DNA from: Octopus bimaculoides
Lineage: Eukaryota
Length of the DNA stretch: 64,000 nt
Assembly (NCBI RefSeq): GCF_001194135.2
Contig: NC_068984.1
Span: forward strand, 105,305,650 to 105,369,649
Direction: 5' to 3'
In this document: positions 51,341-64,000 of the stretch, one piece after another
Position numbering within the stretch: the first letter of the stretch is position 1
Layout: every line of letters starts with the position of its first letter
The notes under the pieces: model-generated
Seen by the model: the letters and a program-made list of their open reading frames with translations, nothing else
Databases searched by the model: none
What the model was told of the DNA's origin: nothing
Program-made: the position numbers and the translations under genes

Positions 51341-51561
51341 TTAACCCTTTAGCATATAGATTACTGTCAAACGTAATGCTTATTTATCCACATTCTTTTG
51401 AAATTGTGCATTATTTCATAGCTTCAAGATTTCAATGATATGGTTGTTTAGTTTTAGTGACATTGTAGAGGAGGTGTGAGAGGCTAGATCTGGCTGGTTC
51501 AAACATAAAACAGGTAGAATATTTTGGCCGGATATGGTCAGTTTAAATGCTAAAGGGTTAA
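51341..51561. mobile_element. piggyBac-like MITE (TTAA-CCCTTTAGCAT...ATGCTAAAGGG-TTAA)
   Basis: TTAA on both sides and CCCTTT/AAAGGG termini. Related copies at 10742-10972, 34845-35040, 35469-35692 and 55399-55610. Confidence 0.75.
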
Positions 51562-53479
51562 ATCTTCATTTTGCAATAAAAACTGGCTAAACATTGAAAA
51601 AATGATATACCTACCTTTGTGCTACAACCTGCACTTCCTTAACATATAGTATCATGGAGACACATTTGTGCAACAACCTGCACCATCTTCTTAGGTTTGC
51701 CAATCAATATAACATTATTATGACAACTTCATTTTCAACCACCAACATAATTCTGTAACCCCCCTACATAAAAGAGAAAAACCTTCAAGCTAGTCCATAT
51801 CATATTATGTCTCTGCCATTTGGTAGTTCTGGCCACTACTCTTTATCCATTATTGTTAGTGGCTCTAGACTACCATTCTGAGATATCCCAGTGGTAAATC
51901 CCTTAGCTTTTCCATCATGAAGAGAGAAAATTTCTTAGCTGGAATGAAGATTACCTGCTTAACCCTTTTATTACCAGGTTTCTGTTGAAATACATTGCCT
52001 TATGATTTTGAAAACAATGAAGAATTTAATAAAATAATGGTCATTATTAAGTTAATGTTTGAGACTTAAATTAACATGAAATTTTAATGAAAGGTTTTAA
52101 TTTAGATTATTTTTTAAAACAGGATATTTGTAAAATAGAACCAGAAGCAATTGAAAGAAGGTTGGTATTGAAAAGGCTAACTCTTTTGATACCAATCCAC
52201 ACTAACTCTGAATAAAAACTGATAAAGTGTACAGAGAACAAGTTAGTCTTGACAGACAGCCTCTCCATAGGTGTGGTACAATAAAATAACATTAAGGCTC
52301 TGTTGTAAATAGCTAATGAAAGAAAGATAATAAAACATTAATATAAAATCAATGAAAAATCCTAAATGCATATACAGAACTAACATGTAGTATCGGTAGT
52401 GCAGTGGTCAGGTAAAAACATCTGGCCATTGGTGAGGACCACTTCACTTATCAAATAGTGGCAACAATTCTTTTTGTTTCAGATGCAGAAAACATCAAAG
52501 AATTCAGCCAAGCTACCCACCTCTGGAAACTCCTTTTCTTGTTAGGTACAAAACTTTCAATGTACTCCAATGTTTGTACAATGAACTGTAGGTCTGGAGA
52601 GGTTGTAGAAACACAATAACGATGAACAGATGCACACCACAAACAAAAGGTAAAATGGAGAGAAAACCTCAGTCAAAATCCTTATTGGTACACATACAAA
52701 TTCTTCTGAGTGAGTAATAGTGCTATATCGGGTGAACCTGTGATATTTGTTGTTAGGAAAAAGGAATTGAAGTAATCAGAGCATGTGGTAGAATAATTAT
52801 GCTTAGACTAGTCATAAGTAACACAACAGCAAGTTACCTCTACATCATCATCATCGTTTAACGTCCGCTTTCCATGCTAGCATGGGTTGGACGATTTGAC
52901 TGAGGACTGGTGAAACCGGATGGCAACACCAGGCTCCAATCTAAATTTGGCAGAGTTTCTACAGCTGGATGCCCTTCCTAACGCCAACAACTCAGAGAGT
53001 GTAGTAGGTGCTTTTACATGTCACCCGCATGAAGGCCAGTCAGGCGATACTGGCAACGGCCACGCTCGAAATGGTGTCTTTTATGTGCCACCCGCACAAG
53101 CCAGTCCAGGGGCACTGGCAACGATCTCGCTCGAAAATCCTACGAAGGCCAGTCAGGCGGTACTGGCAACGGCCACNNNNNNNNNNCACAAGCCAGTCCA
53201 GGGGCACTGGCAACGATCTCGCTCGAAAATCCTACAAAGGCCAGTCAAGCGGTACTGGCAACGACCACGCTCGAAATGGTGTCTTTTATGTGCCACCCGC
53301 ACAAGCCAGTCCAGGGGCACTGGCAACGATCTCGCTCGAAAATCCTACGAAGGCCAGTCAGGCGGTACTGGCAACGGCCACGCTCAAAATGGTGCATCTT
53401 ATGTGCCACCCGCACAAGAGCCAGTCCAGGGGCACTGGCAACGATCTCACTTGGCTTGCCGGGTCTTCTCACGCACGCA

Positions 53480-56290
53480 AAGCATTGTTCTTAAGAGGTT
53501 CTTTGCAGACTACTCTGATAAGGAATGACAGCTGATCCAATGTACATGGTAATGGATATGAAAAAAGGAATGAAGTGGGATCAAAGTTCTTAGAGTTCTA
53601 TGATGCAAATAAACTAACAAATTGCATCACTAACTTCAGGAAATTTGCCAGCCACCAAATAATCAGGCAAATATACAAGTCAGATAAACTTCAAAGGAGG
53701 CAGAATACACAACTTGTCATGAATACCTGGTCTCTCTTTGGTGAAGAATATACCCCTAAACTTAGACTACTGATTGGCAACCCTAGGGTAAGAGTTAGAT
53801 GAATTCAGAGAGACAAGACAATTTGGAGAAAGAATGTTAGGAGGCTGAAATATCCCCCAGCCAAAACATAGTTTCAAAATGAACAAAGTGATATGGATAT
53901 TGAGGAGGAGGTGATTAAAGGCAACTGGGAGTTTCTGAGGTAACTTGGTATGAGTCAGACCAAATCCCTGATTGGAGAATGTTTGTAACATTGTGGAAGA
54001 ATACAGCAGATAGCCATAAAAGCTAGGAGAGAGAGAAAGAGAGAGTATAATGTAGCTAGAAGGAAAGCTAGACATTGATTACATTAAACAAGGTGAGCAT
54101 GTATGAATAAAAGATTTGTCAATGTTCTGTGAGATTAGAGATGTGAGCTTTCTGCATTGCAACGCTCATCATCATTTAACTTCTGTTGTCTATGCTGTCA
54201 TGGATTGGTTTCTATGGCTGGATGCCCTTCCTAACACCAACCACTCCGAGAGTGTAATGGGTGCTTTTATGTGCCACCAGCATGGGTGCTATTTGCATGA
54301 CACCAGTGTCTGTCACGACTGCGATTTTACTTGGCTTGATGGGTCTTCTCAAGCATGGCATAATGCCAAAGGTCTCGATCATTTGTCATTGACTGTGAGG
54401 CCCAACACTCGAAAGGTGCTTTCCATGTGCCACTGGCATTGGCCACTTTGCCTCTGTGAGGCCCAACACTTGAAAGGTGCTTCTTATGTGTCACCAGCAT
54501 TGGCCATGACAGTAAATAATCAGAATGTTGTTGGAGAAGAGTGTATATGGAATGATGGTGATGCATTTGCTCTCACTGATGATAAGAAGAGGTATGGAAA
54601 TGTCAGTAGTTGTTGAATGTGTAGGGAAGAGTAGGACAACTCTGAGTAGATCCATCAGAAGGATTAGCTACTGAAGTTGATAGATGTATGTTCAAAAGAG
54701 CAATTAGTGATGTGAAAGTAGTAATGCCATCATGGGCAGTTACTGAAAGGCTAAAAATATCTGGTGAAGTAGGATATGCACCAGTTCATCAAGTAGTAGA
54801 GAGAAGTGTTATTCCTCAATGACTAGCACTACAGTATCGTAAGCTGTTACAAGATGAAAGGAGATGCTTAACAAAGAAGCAAGTACAGAGACATCAAACT
54901 GACTGATTGGATGATGAAAATAATAGAAAAAGTTTAATTAGGAAGAGAAACTAGTGAGACGAGATGCAATTTGTCTCTGTACCAAGATAAGGTGCCATTG
55001 GTGTCTGCTTCCTAGGGAGATAACTATAGGAGACATTCTTAGCTAAAAGCAAGTTACTATTCTTAGCATTTATGGACTTAGAGAAGGGCTCTGACAAGAT
55101 GCCATGCTCTACAGCATAGGGATCACTAAGAAAAAGGTAGGTGAGGATAAATGGCATGTGAGAACCAAGTATGTCATATACAGATACTATCAATAAGGTG
55201 AAATTTAATGAGTGTAGTAAAGTGTCCATCAAAGCTCTGTTCTCAGTCTCCTTCTGTTTAACACCAAGTCATATTAGAGAAGTTTCAGATCAGTTGCCAT
55301 CGAAACTATTATATTTTGATGACCTAATTCTTATAGCTGAATATGTTGAAAAATAAGAGAATTCCAAACATGAAAGCAAAGCCTAGAATTGAAATGTCTT
55401 AACCCTTTAACATTCAGATTACTCTGTTAAATGTAATATTTATTTATTCACTGTTTTGAACTGATCATGCATTATTTCATAGCTTCAAGATTTTGATGAT
55501 GTGATTGTTTATTTCTAGAATGACATTGTAGGGTAGGTGTGAGAGGCTAGATCTGGCCAGTTTTGAACATAAAATAGGTCGAATATTTGGGTTAAATGCT
55601 AGAGGGTTAAACTAAACCTATGAAAGATGATGGTTTTAGTTACCAAGCACAGAGACAGGAGTTTGAAGGAATTCCATATGGCATACTCAATAGTAAGCAA
55701 TCAGTGTACAAGAGCAGCAGTGGGAATATAGTCAGATTTATTGAAAACACTTTGTATATAGGAAGGGAGGAGTTGGCAGTAATAATACTGAGATAAATTC
55801 TTTTAAAATGCTTAGAAGACGCCCTAGAATTAATTGACCCTCTCTGTTACCTAAGTAACCTAACTGACAGTTGTGGTGGATGTTCTGGAAGTATAGCAAC
55901 CAGAATAAGATGGAAGAAGATCAAGGAGCTGTTACCATAGTTGGGAATAAAGGGATTCTCTCTGTGAATGAAAGGTTATCGATGTGGGGTATGTTGAGAA
56001 GGCTGGGAAAATGAATGAACGTGCTCTGCAGGATCTGTAATGATAATGTGTATGAATGGCAGAGTACATAATGAGCTGAGTAAAAACCTGGGTATAAGAG
56101 GAACTGACTAGTTTGTAGGAGAAAAAAACTGAGTTTGGATAGCTATGTGATACATAAGGAGGGTGACAGTTAAGTGGAAGGAACCTATGGGAAAAAAAGA
56201 TTGAGGAAGACATGGGAAGTGGTGAAAACTGATCTTAAGAGGTTGAACATCAAGCAGAAGATAAAAGATTGCAGTAACTAATAAAACAGA
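53480..56290 (+). mobile_element. Old, heavily degraded RTE-clade LINE ORF2 with nested insertions
   Basis: APE-end remnant GSKFLEF.DA..L....TNFRK.ASH.I and RT remnant KLLYFDDLILIAE (YADD box). Interrupted by a LINE tail (54160-54500) and a MITE (55399-55610). Confidence 0.65.
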
Positions 56291-58319
56291 CACTGTACTG
56301 GAGAATAATTTCATAATTATTGACCAAATGGATATAAAATGAATGAAATCCTGAAAAGAATAGTGAAGAACAAGAGGACAGAATCACAATATATAATCAC
56401 ATATAACATATTGGACATACTAAACAATGTTGGTGGGCAATCATGAATACATAGAAAATTCTCATAATTTTCTACAGCTTGTCCATATGAATTTGACAAT
56501 GTGATTCCAACAAAGGTAAACAGAGAGAGAGAGAGAGAGAGAATTTTCTAAGAACTGCCCATGCATTTAAAATTTCATGTCTGCACTGTATGATGTACAG
56601 TGAATAAGTTAACTAAGCTTTCAACCATTCTCTTAAATGTTGTTCTTGTATATCTCAGAAAAAACTGTTTATTTAAATTGATTCTGTATCAGCCTATAAG
56701 TGTGTTACTATTTCAAATGCTTTACAAAATCAGATCTTATAATAATAAACAACCCTTAAAAGCTGTTGTATATCTAAACTGACCGAAACATGGCAACATA
56801 TCTGAAGAGCTTAAGCTTATGGCTTGCTCTCAAACAATACAATAGAACTCTTTATGCCATGCAGTCTATTTTTTTGTTGTTGACGAACAGACACTGGCGT
56901 TACTTTCCACAACTAAATCCCGTTTCTTTTTCACTCCCTTGAAGCATTTCTCTAAACTACTTTTGGAGAAATTAACCTCATTTCCTTGACACTCCTTTAT
57001 TTAATAGGAGATCGAGTAATGGACCAAGAGGTTAGCAGAACATATCCTGAAGCTGCATTGAAAATACTATCAATAAGTTTAGAATCCACCACAACATTCA
57101 AATAAAAGTCTTGTCAACTTTGTTGTGCCATTTAATATGGAATGGACCCTGGTTTTGATGACATACAACATACGACTGTTCTGCAACATACTATTCCGCG
57201 TTTAATTCACTTGGTACAATAATCTATCCGGTTCATAACTTTCTTGAGTTATGAAAGATTCTAGGCTTGCTTAACACTATTTATATCTCTTTAAATGACT
57301 GTACTTCAATCTAAGCTGGTCTTTTGAAACTACATAGTAATTTTCTTAGAGTAGTTAAATAAGAATAAGCATTTCACATAACTACTTTATCCACTTCAAT
57401 CGATTAACGATATGAACTAAACACAAGAAATATTTTAACTATGTTGTAAGAGTATAACATATGTATATCATCTTTAAATTCTGACCACCAGATTTATAAG
57501 AGGTAAAAATACAAGATTTTGAAAGAATTTATTTGTATATGCATATATAAGCACGCTTAGGTAATGTGTGGACATTTCACTTTCTCACTTCATTACACGA
57601 GAAAACAAAGGAAGATAACTCTTGCTGGCAATATCAATATGCACGAGGGAAAAACAGAACAAGTGTTATGTTAGGATTTAATCAATTTCCTTCGAAATAA
57701 TAGCAATAATTATTTTGCTCCTTTTAAGAAAATAATTTTTTTAGAAAATGCAGAAGTCCGAGTTTCATTAATGATTTATGCTTATTTCCAACTAAAATGT
57801 TAAGCTGCTGGGACAGTTCCCCAGGGTAGTAAACTAGTTTATCGTTATGTGACATTACATTACCGCATGTACAAGTCATTCACGTAATTTGAGGCGTGTT
57901 ATATCAGACGTGTGTTACAGGTACATGACGAAACGCCAGAAGCAGGTTTAGTCATATGAATCATGTAATCATCTTATTTTTGATAGGTAATAACTAAAAA
58001 TATTTTGCACGAAGCTTGAAACATTGAGAGACAGAAAGAAAATAGGAAGTCTTGGTACAATTATACCACAATTAAATGACTAGTAGAATTAACTGGAACC
58101 AAAACCAGATTGTTTGTTAGGTTAGCTTTAATAACAAGGATTTAAGGGCAAGGTAAGATTAAAAAGTCTAGCAAGTGTAGTGTTTATGTTTAAAGAAACC
58201 TTTAAGTGTAACATACAGGAAATACAATTCAATAATTACTAGAAAGCATTAGATAATACAAATTGTCAGTTTCTATAATTTGATAAAAATACAAGTTTGT
58301 TAAGGTGAAAGGGAGATTA

Positions 58320-58515
58320 GCAGAAAATGGTACATAATGGCGGTTAGCAGCCCGCCTACTTGGGAGTGGAGTGCGCATGCGCCAGAGTTTCTCCTTGACT
58401 ATCGTTGCCCACAATACTATCATCAGTCCCTCCCCACAGCAGCACATCTCCACACACAGCCACACTAACAGCACACCAACGCCCTCCAGTGAGCACCAAG
58501 GAAGACGCAGTAAGT
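58320..58515 (+). promoter_or_regulatory. CpG-rich promoter-like region and probable non-coding first exon
   Basis: YY1-like AATGGCGG (58336-58343), NRF1-like TGCGCATGCGC (58372-58382) and a perfect GTAAGT donor at 58510. Confidence 0.5.
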
Positions 58516-59755
58516 AAGATAATTTCTAAAATAAACAAAACAACCAAACAAAACAATTATGAATAAAATAAGAGAATAACGAGGGAGAAAGTTAGTAAAA
58601 ATAGATATATAAATGTATATATATAGAATAGCAACAATGATAATAATAAACTATCGTGTTGATTAATTGGAAGTTAAAAAAAAAATGACCGTTGTTAATT
58701 TCGTAAGCTGAAGGATGATCAAATGAAACAACTTAGATTAGCACTAATTATGTCTTATTAGACTTCATATAACGATTAGTAATTCTTCTCAACACAACAG
58801 AATCGACATTTATGACATGATAGACGAAACAACAAAAATAAAACCCTACTACAGACAGACACAGCTATAAAATAACATATTTGTAAAGAAATGAGTCGTA
58901 AGATAACAAGGTACTTGAGTGATATATATATATGTGTGTGTGTGTGTGTGTATATATAGACATTGTCGAATAATTGCCATTTACACACACACTGAACTGG
59001 TGTTTCTGGATGTTGACAAAGATGTCATATTGTCGCTGAAACTACTTGGTACGATGGAAGTCTTGGTTTGATGTCGAACCTAAGCATTTTAGCTTCATAT
59101 ATACAAATAAAAATGAAATTCGTGCTTATTTAACTCTCATTTTCGTGATTTACATTTTCTGGTAGTACCACACTAGTTATTTCCAGAAAATTAATACTAA
59201 TAACAACAATAATAATGTCTTCATAAAATAATGTATGTATATACACACACAAAAAAAAAAGGTTAAGCTGATTTTGTAATGGTAGTAAGTATGGCGCGAG
59301 GCCATTAAAGAAGATGCTTGCGTTTTGCACCAACATGGGCGATTCTGGTGACAATTTCTTGTTGAGCGCTTCTTTGGTCGTTGCTGTGTCTGAGCAGATG
59401 GCGCTCGGATGGGAACGGGGGGTGGGGTGGGGGTGTTGTTACTAAGAATGGAGCTGCTACTGCTACTGTTTTTACTACTACTACTACTACTGCTGCCGCC
59501 TTGGACAGACACCTCTACTCTAAACAATTATACCTTATACTTCCTTCCTCTATTTCTCACCGTTTACTTTCAAATTGAAAATTCCTTATGTCTTAATATT
59601 TCTGAAATCCTATCGATTTTTCATTTGTTGATTCTACTTTCACTGTTAGAATTCTCACAGACATCTATGTACAAACATTCATAGCTACATGGTCATATTT
59701 GATTAAAAAACAAAACATTCTACATACATAACCTTTGTCTATGTTTACACACACA

Positions 59756-60405
59756 CGAGGTGGTATCAAAAAGTTCCCGGATTAGTTATATTTAATGAAT
59801 AGTCACCTTGCGCAGCAATACACCGGTCCTAGCGTTCCTGCCACTTTTGGAATCCGGCCTGGAAGTCGTTTTCCGTTATCGAGTCGAGAACCTTCTGCAA
59901 TTCGTTCTGGATCCCGACAACGGTTTTAAAACGACGACATTTCAGCAGCACTTTCATCTTGGGGAAGAGATGGAAGTTTGCAGGTGCTAAATCTGGCGAA
60001 TAGGGCAGAATGATGGGTCATCAGCGGCATGCTTATCGTCTTCCACGGACGTTGTTCCACTTTTGAAGCGCTCGTGCTGCTCGAAACATTGTGTACGACC
60101 CGTTGCCTCATCGTCGTAATCTTGTCGAAGCATGCTCAATGTCTCTGTAGCAGACTTTTCAAGTTTAACGCAAAATTTCACGTTGCCCTTTTGTTTCAAC
60201 TTCCTGTCCATGACAAAATAGCAGACTACAGCATACACGTGATCGCAAAAACACAAATTTCACAACTTGTGAAGCAAAGACAGCAATATCATTTGGTACA
60301 TTGCATCATCAAGGTCACTGCTAGCTCTTGGTGCAGACACAATCGTGTGCTGCCATCTGTTGGCGCGTTACAGAGCTAGTCCGGGTACTTTTTGATACCA
60401 CCTGG
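59756..60405 (-). mobile_element. Internally deleted mariner with both TIRs
   Basis: TIRs CGAGGTGGTATCAAAAAGTTCCCGGA / TCCGGGTACTTTTTGATACCACCTGG. N-terminal HTH (NVKFCVKLEKSATET..ML...F.SG..S.EDD) joined to the C-terminal DLAPA.FHLFPKMK segment. Confidence 0.85.
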
Positions 60406-60449
60406 TGTGTGTGTGTGTGTATATAAATACATATATATNNNNNNNNNNN

Positions 60450-60995
60450 GAGACATTGTCTCTAGTTGGTTATACAAAACGATCTGTCCTTATTTTTGGA
60501 CAAGGGAATCTAACACTCCCACTCAGTTCAAGACAATATCTGTGTATCGCAATTTCTGGGTTATTTTTCTTCATAAGCACTGAATAATTGCTCAGCTTGA
60601 GGTGGCGCTGCAAAATTCCCGTTTGAAATATATAGTTTTCAAAGTGACAACTAGTCACTGATTTATAAATTTGAAAATTAATATTTTTAGATCTCACAAC
60701 GTGAGATATTAAGCAACAGTACTTTGTAGTAAAGATTGTTAGCCAACGTAACATGGCAGTGCTCGTTTAGGACTAATGTTGGTGTAATTGAACTGAGTGG
60801 GGGTGCTAGATTCCCTTGTTCGAAAATAAGGACACAGATTGTGTTGTATAGCCAGCTGGAGACGATATCTCCTGAAGATAAATTGCAGCAACATTAGTTC
60901 TAAACCAGGACTGCCATGTTGTGTTGGCAAACAATTTTTACTACAAAGTACTATTGCTGAATATCTCATGTGAGATTTAAAAATAGTAATTTTCA
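60450..60995. repeat. Two interlocked inverted repeats (A..B A' B')
   Basis: A 60450-60535 pairs with 60785-60870; B 60670-60790 pairs with 60880-60995. Confidence 0.8.
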
Positions 60996-61835
60996 TATAT
61001 ATATATGTTTAAATATATATATATATATATATATATAATTATGTGTATTTCTTCTTTCTTAATGAATAAAAAATCTTCTGATAGAATAAATGGGTTAATA
61101 GAAACCAATGTAGCAAAGAACACAAAATAACTGTGGTTTAGTTCCTGTTTTTAAGGCAGGAACTCCTTGAAATTTTGGGTATTTGAGTATATTTAAGGAA
61201 TGGAGAAAACGCATGTTATAATTGCATACTTTATTCCTACATATGTTTCAAAGGATTACAACCTGTGTGATCCATAGGGATCTTTGATATATATATATAT
61301 ATATATATATNNNNNNNNNNNNNNNNNNNNNNNNNNNNNNNNNNNNNNNNNNNNNNNNNNNNNNNNNNNNNNNNNNNNNNNNNNNNNNNNNNNNNNNNNN
61401 NNNNNNNNNNNNNNNNNNNNNNNNNNNNNNNNNNNNNNNNNNNNNNNNNNNNNNNNNNNNNNNNNNNNNNNNNNNNNNNNNNNNNNNNNNNNNNNNNNNN
61501 NNNNNNNNNNNNNNNNNNNNNNNNNNNNNNNNNNNNNNNNNNNNNNNNNNNNNNNNNNNNNNNNNNNNNNNNNNNNNNNNNNNNNNNNNNNNNNNNNNNN
61601 NNNNNNNNNNNNNNNNNNNNNNNNNNNNNNNNNNNNNNNNNNNNNNNNNNNNNNNNNNNNNNNNNNNNNNNNNNNNNNNNNNNNNNNNNNNNNNNNNNNN
61701 NNNNNNNNNNNNNNNNNNNNNNNNNNNNNNNNNNNNNNNNNNNNNNNNNNNNNNNNNNNNNNNNNNNGAATCTGCTGCCCTAACCACTGAGCCATTGCGC
61801 CTCCACATATATGTATATATATATGTATGTAGATA

Positions 61836-61881
<46 letters not shown>

Positions 61882-62599
61882 GCGGAGCCTGGTGTAGCCA
61901 TCCGGTTGCACCAGTCCTCAGTCAAATCGTCCAACCCATGCTAGCATGGAAAGCGGACGTTAAACGATGATGATGATGATGATGATGATGATATATATAT
62001 ATATATATGTGTGTATATATATGTATGTATATATATATATGTATATATATGTGTGTATATATATGTTTTTATATATATGTGTGTGTATAATAGATTTATA
62101 TGTATATTTCCCACTTGTTTATTTCCCCTGTACCTTTCTCTTTGTCTGATTTTTTTTTTTAATCCTTTAATACCGTTGTCCCCTACCCATCTCTCCTTCC
62201 ACGTGACGAGTGTCCGACCAGCCATGATCTTTCTTTCTTGGCCTAACTGCCGACCACCAACACCTCTTATGTCCATCCCCTATGTTCCTGCCTTCAGGTT
62301 TTCACTTCATACACGCCAGCTCAATTTGATTTGTTCTCAGTCGAAAGACGCCTGTTGTTACTTCTTGTTGTTTGTATTCGTAATTGTGTACCATGTTCTG
62401 CGTTTTTTGTTTGTTTGTCATTTTGTATTTCTTGCTGTACATATTCGCTAGCTTTCTTACAAAGGGGTTTAATGCTCTTAGCTTAGACTTTTNNNNNNNN
62501 NNNNNNNNNNNNNNNNNNNNNNNNNNNNNNNNNNNNNNNNNNNNNNNNNNNNNNNNNNNNNNNNNNNNNNNNNNNNNNNNNNNNNNNNNNNNATATATA

Positions 62600-62755
62600 T
62601 TTATAATATATACATATATATTTGTCTGTATATACGTGTACATATATGTATATATATGTCTGTATATGCGTATACATATATGTATATATATATGTATATG
62701 TCTGTATATGCGTATACATATATGTATATGTATATGTCTGTATATGCGTATACAC

Positions 62756-62825
<70 letters not shown>

Positions 62826-63005
62826 GTCTATATATATGTATACATATATGTATGTAAATGTCTCTATATATATATATATGTCTGTGTATCTATGCATATA
62901 TATATACGTATATTTCTATATATATGTATACATATATGTATGTATATGTCTATATATATGTATACATATATGTATGTATATGTCTATATATATGTATACA
63001 TATGT
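62600..63005. repeat. Compound TA-rich micro/minisatellite
   Basis: Repeated TATATGTCTGTATATGCGTATACATATATG-type units around a long (TA)n. Confidence 0.85.
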
Positions 63006-63501
63006 CTTTTGATGACTGGCACCCGTGCCAGTGGAGCACTAACAGCACCATCCGAGTGGGATCCCTGCCAGAGCAGCAATCTCGCTCCTGTGCTGGTGGC
63101 ACGTAAAAAACACCAGTTTGAGCGCGATTGTATCCAGCTTCACCTTATTGTTACTTGTGCCGGTGGCATGTGAACAAAACATTGGACTGACTCCTGTGCG
63201 GGTAAAAAATACCATTTGAGCGGGATCGCTGCCAGAGCAGCTGTCTCGCTCCTGTGCCGGTGGCACATAGAAAACACCATTTGAGTGTGGCTTTTGCCAG
63301 TACCGCCGGACTGGTCCTTGTGCCAGTGGCATGTAAAAAGCACCTACTACACTCTTGGAGTGGTTGGCGTTAAGAAGGGCACCAGCTGTAGAAACTCTGC
63401 CAGATCAGATTGGAGTCTGGTGTAGCCATTAGTTTGTCAGTCCCAGTCAAATCGTCCAACCCATGCTAGCATGGAAAGTGAATGTTAAATGATGATGATG
63501 A

Positions 63502-63545
<44 letters not shown>

Positions 63546-63546
<1 letters not shown>

Positions 63547-63860
63547 GAGGGTTAATCAAAAAGTAATGCCATTTTGTTTAGGGCAGGCATAATTACCAAC
63601 GCAGGAATGTGTATCATACATCAAAATGAATTTGGTCCTCTGTGGATCACATCCTTACTTCTCAGCATAGTCACCGTTTGTATCAATAGCAATGTTCTAC
63701 CTTTGAATGAGAGCATGTATTCTTGCCCTGTAAAATTCTGTTAACTGTTCTTTGAGCCACTTCTTCTCTACAGTTTTCACTTTGTCATCACTGGAATAAT
63801 GTTTCCCTTTCAAACCCTCTTTTATGGGGCTGATTTGAGCGAAATCTGTTGAAATTGGTA
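63546..63860 (-). mobile_element. Mariner transposase C-terminal fragment with one TIR
   Basis: TA-CGAGGGTTAATCAAAAAGTAATGCC end; KEGLKGKHYSSDDKVKT...WL.....FY...I..L..R. Confidence 0.7.
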
Positions 63861-64000
63861 AACATTTGGCCGAAGATGGGTTGCAGGCAATTTGATTGGG
63901 AAATCCCATAAGAAATCGGTTTATAAATTTTCTATCCTGATTGAATGGAAAACCCCAAATGGATGCCTGCTACTGATAGTGTTTGGCCTTGGGATTTGTT

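Noticed and set aside
56830-56990. Short minus-strand open frame (ECQGNEVNFSK...DCMA*) after an AG
   Set aside because: About 50 codons, weak acceptor and no recognisable family.
59177-59684. Ser-rich minus ORF and Leu-rich plus ORF (signal-peptide-like)
   Set aside because: Both arise from (AGT/CTA)n trinucleotide runs; no recognisable homology or splice-consistent structure.
62601-63173. YI/VC-rich ORFs here and at 541-774, 13226-13596, 28448-29305 and 49087-49718
   Set aside because: Translations of microsatellites.
1-64000. CRISPR arrays, rRNA or intact tRNA genes
   Set aside because: None seen. The repeats lack unique-spacer architecture, and tRNA-like boxes belong to SINE heads.

Overview
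AT-rich, repeat-dense eukaryotic genomic DNA with many N gaps. The SINE/LINE/microsatellite landscape looks like an octopus or other coleoid cephalopod (inference). Three host genes are recognisable. PCTP (STARD2) has coding exons 1-3 on the minus strand, and intron 3 starts with a U12-type donor. The first coding exon of TEX264 lies inside PCTP intron 1 on the same strand. A complete two-exon RBM41 is on the plus strand. A CpG-rich promoter-like region of an unidentified gene lies near 58.3-59.5 kb. The rest is mostly decayed transposable elements: HERO-, CRE- and R4/Dong-like RLE retrotransposons, RTE LINEs, Penelope-like elements, Gmr1-like and other Ty3/Gypsy LTR elements, mariners, piggyBac-like MITEs and tRNA-SINEs. 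Top leads: (1) a candidate non-circularly permuted hammerhead ribozyme just downstream of the HERO-like element; (2) the phase-compatible TEX264 exon nested in PCTP; (3) a minimal type I hammerhead in a Penelope-associated repeat; (4) a twin-priming-like inverted CRE element; (5) long fold-back structures in the RBM41 intron. All calls were made by eye, without database searches or folding software.
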